NCBI GenBank assembly: GCA_027031765.1
Contig: JALVPN010000046.1
Coordinates: 677 to 17,725, forward strand
Reading direction: 5' to 3'
DNA length: 17,049 nucleotides
From: Promethearchaeota archaeon
GTDB lineage: Archaea > Asgardarchaeota > Thorarchaeia > Thorarchaeales > Thorarchaeaceae
The position numbers and the translations under genes are program-made. Shown in pieces: positions 8,690 to 16,823 of this stretch (the stretch's first letter is position 1; each line of letters starts with the position of its first letter). Below the pieces are notes generated by a model that saw only the letters and a program-made list of their open reading frames with translations, had not been told where the DNA came from and did no database searches.

Positions 8690-8763
8690 CACCGCCACCC
8701 TTTGCTACTGGGTGTCACGGGCAGGGTGCCGTCTATGCCGTTGCACCCCGATTGAGGACTCTC

Positions 8764-10836
8764 TCATGCGGCCCTGCTGCCGGGCGGTACTCCCTCGACT
8801 GTCACAGGTATCCATCGTCCGGGCTCGTCGGCCTTCTCAATGGCGATTATCATGCCCCGGCTCTCGATACCACCTATCTTCTTCGGTTCGAGGTTCACAA
8901 GGAACAGTGCCGTGATACCGACGAGGTCTTCCGGACCGTACTGGTCTGCCAGTCCAGTCACAATCGTCCGCACCTCGCTGCCGATGTCGACCTTCAGTTC
9001 CAGGAGCTTGTCTTTCTTCGGCACCTTCTTGCACTCCAGTATCTTGCCAGCCCTGAAGTCGAAACGCTTGAACTCCTCAAAGGTGACGAGTCGCTCCCTG
9101 CCCTCGTCCTCTTGGGTGGCCGCTGTCGCGGTCTCCCCTCCCTCTTCGGCAGCCTCCGCGGCCCTCACACGCTCCTTGATTATGCCCGAGAGCTGTTCTA
9201 TGAGTGCGTCGTCTACCTTTGAGATTACTGGCCTTGGCTTGCGCAGTTCGGAGCCAGGGTTTGGCGGCACCAGTGCGTCCTCCAGGACTGCGTCATGTAT
9301 GCTACCAGAGCTGTCAAGACCGAGCTGTTCCCATATCACCTCGGCGATGCCGGGCATGACCGGCTCGATGAGTATTGCGAGCGCTTTTACGAGGGCAACG
9401 GCATTGAACAACACTCCTGCCGCCCTGTCCACGTCCTCACGCACCAGCTTCCACGGCTGCTGTGCCTGGAAGTACTCGTTGCCTAGGGAGGCCAGGTGCA
9501 TGATCTCGTCGCAGACCTTCTTCAGCTCGTACTCGTGCACCGCATCTGTGATGACCTGTATTGACCGTTCCACTTCGTGCCGGAGGCCCTCGTCGAAGGT
9601 GCCCTCTGGGACCTTGCCGAAGTGCTTGTGTGTAAAGTGGAGGCTGCGGTAGACGAAGTTGCCGAACGTGGCCACGAGTTCGTTGTTCACCTTCTCGCCA
9701 AAGGTCTTCCATGAGAAGTCCAGGTCTTTCGTCTGGCTCGTGGCACTGACCATGTAGTACCGCAGGTAGTCCGGGTCAAGCCCGTTGTCCAGGTAGTCGT
9801 CCTGGATCCACACGACGTAGCCGCGGCTCCTGCTGAAGTTGTGGCCCTCGATCTTGACCATCCCGGACGCCACTATGGCATATGGCAGGTTGTACCCACT
9901 ACCCTTGAGCATGGACGGCCAGAAGATGCAGTGGTGGTACACAATGTCTTGGCCGATGTAGTGGACGATACGCCCGTCACCGGGCCTCCAGTACTTCTCC
10001 CAGGCATCGGGCTTGCCAGTCTTCTTGGCCCACTGTTCCGTGCTCGACATGTAGTGGATGGGGGCGTCCACCCAGACATATAGTGTCAGGTCTTCATCTC
10101 CAGGGAATGGTATCCCCCACTCGATATCCCTCGTTATACACCAGTCCTTCAGCCCCTCCCGGACCCAGCCCAGGGCATAGTTCTTCGCGTTCTTCGTCCC
10201 GTCCACCTGTTGGAGGTACTCCTTCAGGAAGTCCTCGAAGGCTGTGAGCTTGAAGTAGTAGTGCTTCCGCGTGATGGCACGCGTCGGCGCACCACAGACC
10301 GCACACCGTGGGTTCAGTATCTCACCGGGTTCCAGGTACCGCCCGCAGCCCTGGTCACACTCGTCGCCACGGGCGTCCGCATGACAGTACGGACACTCGC
10401 CCCTGACAAAGCGGTCGGGTAGAGAGCGGCCACAGTTGTCACAGTATGGAGTGTTGAGGTCTTTCGAGTAGATGTAGCCGTTCTCCATGAGCGTCCTCAC
10501 TATCTGTAGTGTCCGCTCAACGTTCTCCGGGTCGTCCGTCGTGCCGTAGTTGTCGAACATTATCCTGAGCTTCGGGAACGTCTCCACGTAGTGCGTGTGG
10601 TACCGCATGTACAGCTCCTTTGGGCTCACACCCTCTCTCTCCGCGGAGGTGAGGATTGGAGTGCCGTGGGTATCGGAGCCACACACGAAAGTGGCCTCCA
10701 CCCGCATCTTCCTGAGGAGTCTGACGAACACATCCGCGGGGACGTACGTCCTCAGATGGCCGATGTGCATCTCCCCACTGGCATAGGGTAGTCCACAGGT
10801 CACAAGAACAGGGGTCTCACTCGTGTATCTATTCAA
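8764..10836 (-). CDS. metG: Methionyl-tRNA synthetase with C-terminal Trbp111-like tRNA-binding domain
   Basis: TCGLPYASGEMHIGH (HIGH), CGSDTHGTPI, Zn knuckles CDNC/CPYC/CDQGC/CAVC, WCITRDIEWG, YVWVDAPI, KMSKS-equivalent NFSRS, C-terminal OB domain (DFRAGKILEC...DKLLELKVDIG...SRGMI). TTG start with SD GAGGAGTG upstream. Confidence 0.98.
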   Translation of the reverse strand: MNRYTSETPVLVTCGLPYASGEMHIGHLRTYVPADVFVRLLRKMRVEATFVCGSDTHGTPILTSAEREGVSPKELYMRYHTHYVETFPKLRIMFDNYGTTDDPENVERTLQIVRTLMENGYIYSKDLNTPYCDNCGRSLPDRFVRGECPYCHADARGDECDQGCGRYLEPGEILNPRCAVCGAPTRAITRKHYYFKLTAFEDFLKEYLQQVDGTKNAKNYALGWVREGLKDWCITRDIEWGIPFPGDEDLTLYVWVDAPIHYMSSTEQWAKKTGKPDAWEKYWRPGDGRIVHYIGQDIVYHHCIFWPSMLKGSGYNLPYAIVASGMVKIEGHNFSRSRGYVVWIQDDYLDNGLDPDYLRYYMVSATSQTKDLDFSWKTFGEKVNNELVATFGNFVYRSLHFTHKHFGKVPEGTFDEGLRHEVERSIQVITDAVHEYELKKVCDEIMHLASLGNEYFQAQQPWKLVREDVDRAAGVLFNAVALVKALAILIEPVMPGIAEVIWEQLGLDSSGSIHDAVLEDALVPPNPGSELRKPRPVISKVDDALIEQLSGIIKERVRAAEAAEEGGETATAATQEDEGRERLVTFEEFKRFDFRAGKILECKKVPKKDKLLELKVDIGSEVRTIVTGLADQYGPEDLVGITALFLVNLEPKKIGGIESRGMIIAIEKADEPGRWIPVTVEGVPPGSRAA

Positions 10837-11034
10837 CGGCTATCACACTCCTCAGTGGTGAGGGCTAGGATGCTGGACGCTGTCTCTCCGGTATCAAGGT
10901 GCATACATGACAAGAAAAACTCAGATACTCCCATCTGCCCGCTCTCAGCCCTTGACCTCGCGCAGTTTCCTCGTCCTCTTCTACGGAGTTCGCATCCCGC
11001 CTTTTCTTGCTGTCAATCTCCGGCCCTGTTACTG

Positions 11035-11050
11035 ATATAACTCTTTTTCC
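11035..11050 (-). promoter_or_regulatory. BRE plus TATA box upstream of metG
   Basis: Minus strand GGAAAAAGAG-TTATAT, a good archaeal BRE/TATA match about 200 nt upstream of the metG start. Confidence 0.55.
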
Positions 11051-11331
11051 ACACCGTCACCCGGTGCTGTGCCCTGTCGTGGTGTCCCTGCCTATGGCCC
11101 AATCCACTGTAGCCCGCCTGCGCACCGGTCGACAGCACTGTGCACGGGTGCAACGCCCGCATGGGGCCCGTGTCCACGTCCCTTTGCGACCACTGGTCTA
11201 ATACCTCCGGGAGATGGTGTGGGTGTGCCGGGTGGTTGCGTCTGGCTAACAATTAAGAGGCGATACCTGTTGCTCTGCTCAGGCCTGACGACCGCTGTGT
11301 CGGTCTGTCTCATGGTCGCGAGGACTGTCAG

Positions 11332-12417
11332 ATGAGGACTTGCAAGGTCTTGGTGACAGGTGCTACCGCACCCGGTTTCATCAGTATTGTAAAGGCACTG
11401 CGGGCGAGTGAACGGTACCGCTTTGAGATTGTTGGCAGCGACTACCGTGACAGTATTGCCTCGCGGTACTACGTAGGGGAGTGCTATGTGCTACCGGACA
11501 ACCGCAGCCCCGACTTCCCACAGGCCCTGCTTGACCTGTGTGAGGGGCTGGGCGTGGAAGTGGTCTTGCCAATCAGGACGGACGACCAGATGCCCATATG
11601 CAGCCAGCTTGAGGCCTTCAGAGATGCTGGTGTCGAGCCCGCACTGATCGTGACCGACCCGGAGCTCATGGACATGTTGCTCAACAAGAGGCGCCTGATG
11701 GAGTACTGTCGGGATGTCATTGGGACGGATGTCCCACGTTTCGACTACGCCACCAACGCGGATGCGCTAACAGAGGCTGTCATGGGCCTCGGCTACCCGG
11801 ATGTGCCGGTGGTCATAAAGCCGAGCTACTCGAACGGGAGCCGCGGCTTCAGAGTCCTCGACGAGAACATTGACCGGAAGCACCTGTTCTTCAACGAGAA
11901 GCCGACAGGCATTTACTCGACACTGGACGATGTGCTCCGTGACATCGGCGACGAGTTCCCCGAGATGGTCGCCATGGAGTACCTGCCTGGACGGGAGTAT
12001 ACCGTTGACGTGCTGTGCAGGAAGGGCAAGACCTTTGCAGTTGTGCCACGCCTCAGGCTACGCATGACCGGTGGCATCACCACACAGGGCGTCCTCGCGA
12101 AGGACGAGAACTACGGGGTCATCAGCAGGACCGTTGAGAGTATCGTGGAGGGCTTTGGCCTCTCCTATAACGTGGGCATCCAGCTGAAGGAGAGTACCTC
12201 CTCAGTGCCCCTGCTCCTCGAGGTCAACCCCCGTCTGCAGGGCACGACCACAATCACTGTCGCTGGTGGCGTCAACGTCCCGGAGCTGATGGTACAGATG
12301 GCACTCCGCGAGTTCGACTACGACTTCAGACCAGAGGTCCGCTGGGGCCTCAAGATGCAGCGAGTGTGGCTGGAGCTGTTCGAGTATGAAGGCAGGGTCT
12401 GGGAGAACTCGGGCTAG
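11332..12417 (+). CDS. ATP-grasp domain ligase (carbamoyl-phosphate-synthase-like stand-alone family)
   Basis: Rossmann-like N-terminus KVLVTGATAPG...VGSD, VVLP, NKRRL, VVIKPSYSNGSRGF, MEYLPGREYTVD, LLEVNPRLQG. SD-like GAGGA upstream of the ATG. Confidence 0.9.
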   Translation: MRTCKVLVTGATAPGFISIVKALRASERYRFEIVGSDYRDSIASRYYVGECYVLPDNRSPDFPQALLDLCEGLGVEVVLPIRTDDQMPICSQLEAFRDAGVEPALIVTDPELMDMLLNKRRLMEYCRDVIGTDVPRFDYATNADALTEAVMGLGYPDVPVVIKPSYSNGSRGFRVLDENIDRKHLFFNEKPTGIYSTLDDVLRDIGDEFPEMVAMEYLPGREYTVDVLCRKGKTFAVVPRLRLRMTGGITTQGVLAKDENYGVISRTVESIVEGFGLSYNVGIQLKESTSSVPLLLEVNPRLQGTTTITVAGGVNVPELMVQMALREFDYDFRPEVRWGLKMQRVWLELFEYEGRVWENSG

Positions 12418-12817
12418 GGCGCTGGTGGTACTCGACCTCGACAAGACCCTCGTCCATGAGGACGGGCGCCACGAGGACGTGGGGATACTGCGGGCGCTCA
12501 AAGAGATGGGCTGTGAGCTCTGTCTTGCATCGCGCAACGACCGCTACGTTGCTGAGAGGGTGCTGCGTCGTCTGGGCGTCCTCTCACTGTTCACCTACGT
12601 CATGGCTGACTTCAGGCCCAAGCAGTTCCAGCTCAGGCACATCCTGTGGGCCTACGGCCGGCGTGGTGTAGAGTTCGACCGGGTCCTGTTCGTTGACGAC
12701 CACAGGCCCAACATCGAGGCTGTCAGACAGGCACTCCCATGGGTCAAGTGCCTCCGTTTCGGTACCGACGTCCTCAGCCTGTCAGCCCTTGTGGACATGC
12801 TGCGCGACGACGCGTGA
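12386..12817 (+). CDS. Capless HAD-superfamily phosphatase (subfamily IIIC / MDP-1-like)
   Basis: Motif I VLDLDKT, motif II LASRN, motif III RPK, motif IV LFVDD. The ATG overlaps the ATP-grasp gene by 32 nt, so the start is somewhat uncertain. Confidence 0.87.
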   Translation: MKAGSGRTRARALVVLDLDKTLVHEDGRHEDVGILRALKEMGCELCLASRNDRYVAERVLRRLGVLSLFTYVMADFRPKQFQLRHILWAYGRRGVEFDRVLFVDDHRPNIEAVRQALPWVKCLRFGTDVLSLSALVDMLRDDA

Positions 12818-12820
12818 GTG

Positions 12821-14392
12821 TCAGATGAGCTTGGCCCGCTGGGCGAACTTGCGGTACCCCTTGAGCAGGAGCTTCGGGATGTTGAGCCTCAAGTTGAACC
12901 GGATCCATGCCTCTTCCGTCGGCTCCTTGAACAGCAGCCCGAAGCGTGATGCGTACTCAAGTTCGTCCTCCAGCGCAACCAGCTGCTCCACTGCCGCCGG
13001 TGAGAACATCAGCTCGACATCGGGGTTCTCGGCACGACGTGGTACGACCTCAATCTGGTTATTGCCGGTCACACGTACGTGGAACCGGTCACCCTCTACG
13101 TCGTAGTCAATCACGGCGCCACGCCTCAGTCCCTCGAAGATGCGTGGGTGCGCCCTCAAGTACTCCATGAACCTGTGCTTGAGGGACTCCTCGCCAGCCT
13201 CGGCCCTGGTACCCCCGGCGCGGGCGTAGGGTAGCAGGAACACCGGCAGGTCGACCACCTGTATGCTGTTGTCTGTGAGAGCGGCGCCATCGGTCAGGCC
13301 CCTGTGACAGAACGGACAGGCGGTCACCAGTACACCGGCACCAGTGTCCGCGGCCTCCGCGAGCCTGTCAGCAGCCACCCTGTCTGCGACCTCTCCGAAG
13401 GCGCTCTTGACACCACCACCAGAGCCACAGCAGTGGGCGTAGCGCTTGTTCGTCAGCATCTCCACCAGCTCCACACCTCTCACCGACGTGATAACTCTCC
13501 GTGGTGCCTCGTAGACCTCGGCGTGACGTCCGAGGTGGCATGGGTCGTGGTACGTGACCGTGGTCCCTGCCGGCGCCTCAAATGACAGGCGGCCCTCCTC
13601 CACAAGCCTGTCTATGAACTCCGTGATGTGCAGCACTTCAAAGCCATAGTCGTGACCGTGCTGGGGGACATCCACCTTGAGTGTGCGCAGACAGCCGGCG
13701 CATGCTGTGACCACGGTCGTTGCACCGGTCCTCTCAATGGCCTGAATGTTGTGCTGTGTGAGCCTGTCGAACGGCGCTGTCCTGCCCGTGCGCAGTAGTA
13801 CCGAGCCGCAGCAGTGCTCGTCCTCAAGTACTGTGTAGTCGACACCTGCCATGTCCAGGAGTGCCACTGTGGCCCTTGCAATCTCCTGTTCCCGGTACGC
13901 AGCGGTGCAACCGACAAAGTAGACGACCTCCGCCTGTCCCGGCCACTCCCTCTCGCCGAACAGGGCCAGACGTTGCCCGTGATCCTCGCCGTACGGGTTG
14001 TGGTGCTCCCTGATGGACTCCTCGACCACGGCATGCCTCTCAATGCCGAGGCCGGATGCCACGAGGTCGCGTCGCAGCGCCTCAATCATCTCCGGGAGCC
14101 GGATGCCGTCGGCTGTGGCCATGCAGGTCTCCTGACAGTTCTTGCAGGTCGTACAGACGTAGGCCCACCTCACAAGGTCATCGTTGACCTCGATGCGCCC
14201 TTCCAGCAGGTCGTTCAGCACCATTATCCTGCCACGCGCTGAGTAGACCTCGAAGCCCAGGACGTTCTTGACCGCACACGGGAGGTACACCGCTCGCGAA
14301 GAGGACACAGTCTTGTCGGCGAGGGAACAGTCACCGCACCGTCCACAGACCCAGAGGTCCTGTTCGAACTCTCTCAGGCTGGGGAACTCCAT
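12821..14392 (-). CDS. Fe-S oxidoreductase (GlcF/GlpC/HdrD-like: 2x[4Fe-4S] plus two CCG domains) with an additional C-terminal SCP2-like domain, 523 aa
   Basis: Start ATG 14392, 1 nt after the upstream stop, with SD-like GGGGGTGA. Motifs CGRCGDC...PC, CTTCKNCQETC, YFVGC..HCCGS..TACAGC, YHDPC..HCCGSGGG..TACPFC. The last ~123 aa (12821-13192) follow the CCG domains. Confidence 0.9.
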   Translation of the reverse strand: MEFPSLREFEQDLWVCGRCGDCSLADKTVSSSRAVYLPCAVKNVLGFEVYSARGRIMVLNDLLEGRIEVNDDLVRWAYVCTTCKNCQETCMATADGIRLPEMIEALRRDLVASGLGIERHAVVEESIREHHNPYGEDHGQRLALFGEREWPGQAEVVYFVGCTAAYREQEIARATVALLDMAGVDYTVLEDEHCCGSVLLRTGRTAPFDRLTQHNIQAIERTGATTVVTACAGCLRTLKVDVPQHGHDYGFEVLHITEFIDRLVEEGRLSFEAPAGTTVTYHDPCHLGRHAEVYEAPRRVITSVRGVELVEMLTNKRYAHCCGSGGGVKSAFGEVADRVAADRLAEAADTGAGVLVTACPFCHRGLTDGAALTDNSIQVVDLPVFLLPYARAGGTRAEAGEESLKHRFMEYLRAHPRIFEGLRRGAVIDYDVEGDRFHVRVTGNNQIEVVPRRAENPDVELMFSPAAVEQLVALEDELEYASRFGLLFKEPTEEAWIRFNLRLNIPKLLLKGYRKFAQRAKLI

Positions 14393-14393
14393 T

Positions 14394-15818
14394 TCACTCG
14401 TCACCCCCAAATACGTGCGGGCAGAATATGTTGTCGGGGTCGAGCACCTGCTTGATGCCCCGTAGCACCCCCATGAACACGGGGTCGGCACGGGCCAACG
14501 CCCTGGACTCCCACAGCAGGCCGTTCCAGTACGGGCAGCCACCGGTCTCCATGACCGCGTCCAGCAGCTCGTCCCACGCCCTGAGTGCCAGCTCCGTCTT
14601 GTCCCTTGACGGGATGAACAGCGTGACCCAGCCGGTGGCATAGGTGCGCTCGGAGCCCAGACAGCTTGCAATCCACTTGATGCCGTGCTTCTTCAGCTTG
14701 TGCTTCTTGAATATCCTCCATGCCCGCTCCATCAGTGCCGGTATCGCCGTGATGGGCCTCAGGTGACATGTGTTCAGCCAGAAGCCGTTGTTGTAGAGCG
14801 GCTGCACCAGGTTGAACAGTTCGCGCCAGTGCATCTGTGATGCAAAGCTACCAAGGTCTTTCCCACCGTGTCGCAGCGCGGTCTCTCGTACGAGTCCCAT
14901 CTTCCGCCTTGCGAGCGCCTCGTCGGTTTCCTGGACGATTGCTGCGAACATGGCGTTGACCTCTCTGTGACTGTCCAGGAAGCCCGGAAAGAACGTGTCT
15001 GTCGACTCCCTGTCCGCCAGCAGGTTCAGCTCTTCGGTCAGGCCATGGGCCTGTATCTCCCTGAACGCAGCGACGGCGTCCTGCAACGTCCGGAACCCGA
15101 AGTCACCGTAGGCGATGTGCTCCGCCTTCGGGTAGACCTTCAGTGTGACCTTGGTCTTTATACCGAGCGTGCCGTGGTCGCCAAGGAACACTCCCGTAAG
15201 GTCTGGGAATGCCGAGTACCGCCCGAAGAGCTTCGCCGCAGGGTTCCAGCCAGTCCCCGTGCGGAGCACTTCGCCACTGGCCAGTACCACCTCCAGTGAC
15301 ACGACACCTTCGGTGGAGGGCCCGAACTTTGAGGCCGCATAGCCTATGCTGTTGATGCTCACCGACCCGCCGACTGTGCCCACATTGCCACCGTACGGCC
15401 CCCGGAACCCCAGTTTGTACCCCCTCTCGTCCAGCCGGTGGATGAGCTCAGCCCACCGCATCCCGGCCTCTGCAGTCACAGTCATGACCTCTTCGTCAAG
15501 CTGCACGAGGCGGTCCATCCGCGACATGTCCACCACCACAGCCCCCGTCGTCCGCGGCAGGCAGGCACCACAGATCCCATTGCGACCGCCTGCTGGTACG
15601 AGCGCTGTCTTGGTCTCGGCACACAGTCTGACAATGGCCTGCACCTCCTCTACGTCCTCCGGCATGACCACCACACCAGGGCGCTCGGCTGTGAGGTGGC
15701 TGGCGTCCCTGCTGTATGCTGTGGTCACAAGCGGGTTGTCGGTCACGCGCGACTCGTCAAGGATGTCGCACAGACGCCGGTAGAGCGGGTGGACCGCACT
15801 AGCCTTGATTACGCTCAC
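14394..15818 (-). CDS. FAD-binding oxidoreductase of the VAO/PCMH fold (FAD_binding_4 plus C-terminal substrate domain)
   Basis: AYSRD, PGVVVMPEDVEEVQAIV, VPAGGRNG, VVDMSRMD, TAEAG, TVGGSV, LEVVLASGEV, LGDHGTLGI, LDPDNIFCP. Start placed at GTG 15818 because a TATA box lies at 15849-15854, inside the longer ORF called from 15935. Confidence 0.9.
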   Translation of the reverse strand: MSVIKASAVHPLYRRLCDILDESRVTDNPLVTTAYSRDASHLTAERPGVVVMPEDVEEVQAIVRLCAETKTALVPAGGRNGICGACLPRTTGAVVVDMSRMDRLVQLDEEVMTVTAEAGMRWAELIHRLDERGYKLGFRGPYGGNVGTVGGSVSINSIGYAASKFGPSTEGVVSLEVVLASGEVLRTGTGWNPAAKLFGRYSAFPDLTGVFLGDHGTLGIKTKVTLKVYPKAEHIAYGDFGFRTLQDAVAAFREIQAHGLTEELNLLADRESTDTFFPGFLDSHREVNAMFAAIVQETDEALARRKMGLVRETALRHGGKDLGSFASQMHWRELFNLVQPLYNNGFWLNTCHLRPITAIPALMERAWRIFKKHKLKKHGIKWIASCLGSERTYATGWVTLFIPSRDKTELALRAWDELLDAVMETGGCPYWNGLLWESRALARADPVFMGVLRGIKQVLDPDNIFCPHVFGGDE

Positions 15819-15848
15819 GTGACATCGACGCGTGCCCCCGACTCGACG

Positions 15849-15854
15849 ATATAA
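15849..15854 (-). promoter_or_regulatory. TATA box for the FAD/Fe-S operon
   Basis: TTATAT on the minus strand, about 30 nt upstream of GTG 15818. Confidence 0.5.
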
Positions 15855-16105
15855 GTCGTCTCCTGTACCGTATCCTGTGAGGTCTACTTGGGACTCCCCT
15901 GGGAAATGGCCTGTGTGACCGCGTGCACGGCCCACATCTCACTGCCTGCACATGCCTGTCCTGCCCCATCTCCCCGGAGCCCTCACACAGGGGGCTGCAA
16001 CCGAATCAAGATACAGCCGGTACCGCTCGCGAGTGACCGGCCCCTCGTCAGCAGTGTTTCCTGTGCAGTGGCCAAGCCCACTTGAGTGGACTCCATGCGG
16101 CCCGA

Positions 16106-16795
16106 CTACTTGTCCTCCCAGGTCTCAGAGGTGATTACCCTGACACCCATCTCCTCGGCCTTCTGTCTGTCTACTGGGCTGATGTGAAGGGTTACTAGGA
16201 TGAGCCTCGTGGCCTTGACACCCTCCTGTGCCTCTGCAAGCTCCACCTTCTTCAGGAACGCCCACACGTCGTGCAGGTCAGCACGTGCCTTGACCTCAAC
16301 GAACACACACTGCGAGTCCGTCACCATCATGTCGATGTCGGTCATCTCCCCTGCTGGGCAGACAACACCGTCCTTGTCAACGACCACCAAGCGGCGGAGC
16401 TTTTCCGGGTCGACACCCTCGGTCAACAGCGCCTCCCGGAATATCTCCCGGAAGATGTCTTCAAGACGGAGCCCATAACGAGTAGAGATTGTGGCCACGT
16501 CGCGACGCACATCTTGGAAAGCCATCTCCAGCCTGTCGAAGCGCCTGTCGACGGCCTCGAAGCGCCTGTCGATGGCCTCGAAGCGCCTGAACACCTCTTC
16601 AAAACGTCTGTCATTGTCTTCCCTCAGCAGCCGAATCTCGTCTAGGACTCTTGTCATCTCATCCCGTGTAACATACGTTTCCTTTGAGAGGAGCTCCGCG
16701 ATTTTCGCACGCAGTTCTGGGTTCTTTTCGAGGGCCTCGACTAGCCTCCTTAGCAGGTCGTCCCCGTAGTCGTCGACGGTCATGGTGGCCACCAT
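16106..16795 (-). CDS. DUF3782-like protein: N-terminal coiled coil with heptad repeats plus C-terminal PD-(D/E)xK nuclease-like domain
   Basis: Heptads RRFEEVF/RRFEAID/RRFEAVD/RRFDRLE, then RYGLRLEDIFRE, TDIDMMV, FVEVK and KAEEMGVRVI, typical of this archaeal family as recalled. Confidence 0.85.
   Translation of the reverse strand: MVATMTVDDYGDDLLRRLVEALEKNPELRAKIAELLSKETYVTRDEMTRVLDEIRLLREDNDRRFEEVFRRFEAIDRRFEAVDRRFDRLEMAFQDVRRDVATISTRYGLRLEDIFREIFREALLTEGVDPEKLRRLVVVDKDGVVCPAGEMTDIDMMVTDSQCVFVEVKARADLHDVWAFLKKVELAEAQEGVKATRLILVTLHISPVDRQKAEEMGVRVITSETWEDK
16536..16589. repeat. 21-nt coding tandem repeat, about 2.6 copies
   Basis: TCGAAGCGCCTGTCGACGGCC / TCGAAGCGCCTGTCGATGGCC / TCGAAGCGCCTG; one mismatch between the two full copies; encodes the heptads. 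Confidence 0.9.
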
Positions 16796-16816
16796 TCTAC
16801 TGTATTCTCGGTAATG

Positions 16817-16823
16817 ATTTAAG
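16817..16823 (-). promoter_or_regulatory. TATA-like box, probably driving a leaderless transcript of the DUF3782-like gene
   Basis: CTTAAAT on the minus strand ending 22 nt upstream of ATG 16795; no SD between them. Confidence 0.45.

Noticed and set aside
8019-8698. Minus-strand ORFs 8019-8450 and 8342-8698 as real genes
   Set aside because: They are antisense to the reconstructed membrane protein, which has an SD, a start and a coherent TM plus soluble domain architecture; these ORFs have no motifs.
655-9652. Long plus-strand ORFs (655-1446, 2338-3330, 4522-5766, 6790-7878, 8840-9652 and similar)
   Set aside because: Antisense shadows of uvrA, uvrB, the LRR gene, the hydrolase and metG. 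They are expected at high GC and show no motifs or initiation signals.
11332-12417. ATP-grasp protein as PylC or as a CarB subunit
   Set aside because: No pylB/pylD/pylS nearby, and the N-terminus differs from PylC as recalled. It is a single ATP-grasp unit with no CarA partner, so no gene symbol was assigned.
14393-14671. 93-aa N-terminal extension of the Fe-S protein in the ORF track (start 14671)
   Set aside because: It overlaps the FAD gene in another frame, with low-complexity off-frame composition. ATG 14392 has an SD and abuts the upstream stop.
15819-15935. N-terminal extension of the FAD oxidoreductase to 15935
   Set aside because: It contains the TATA box and precedes the recognisable fold, so it is probably non-coding.
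16536-16589. Direct repeats as a possible mini-CRISPR
   Set aside because: The repeats are contiguous with no spacers and are in frame within a coiled-coil coding region.
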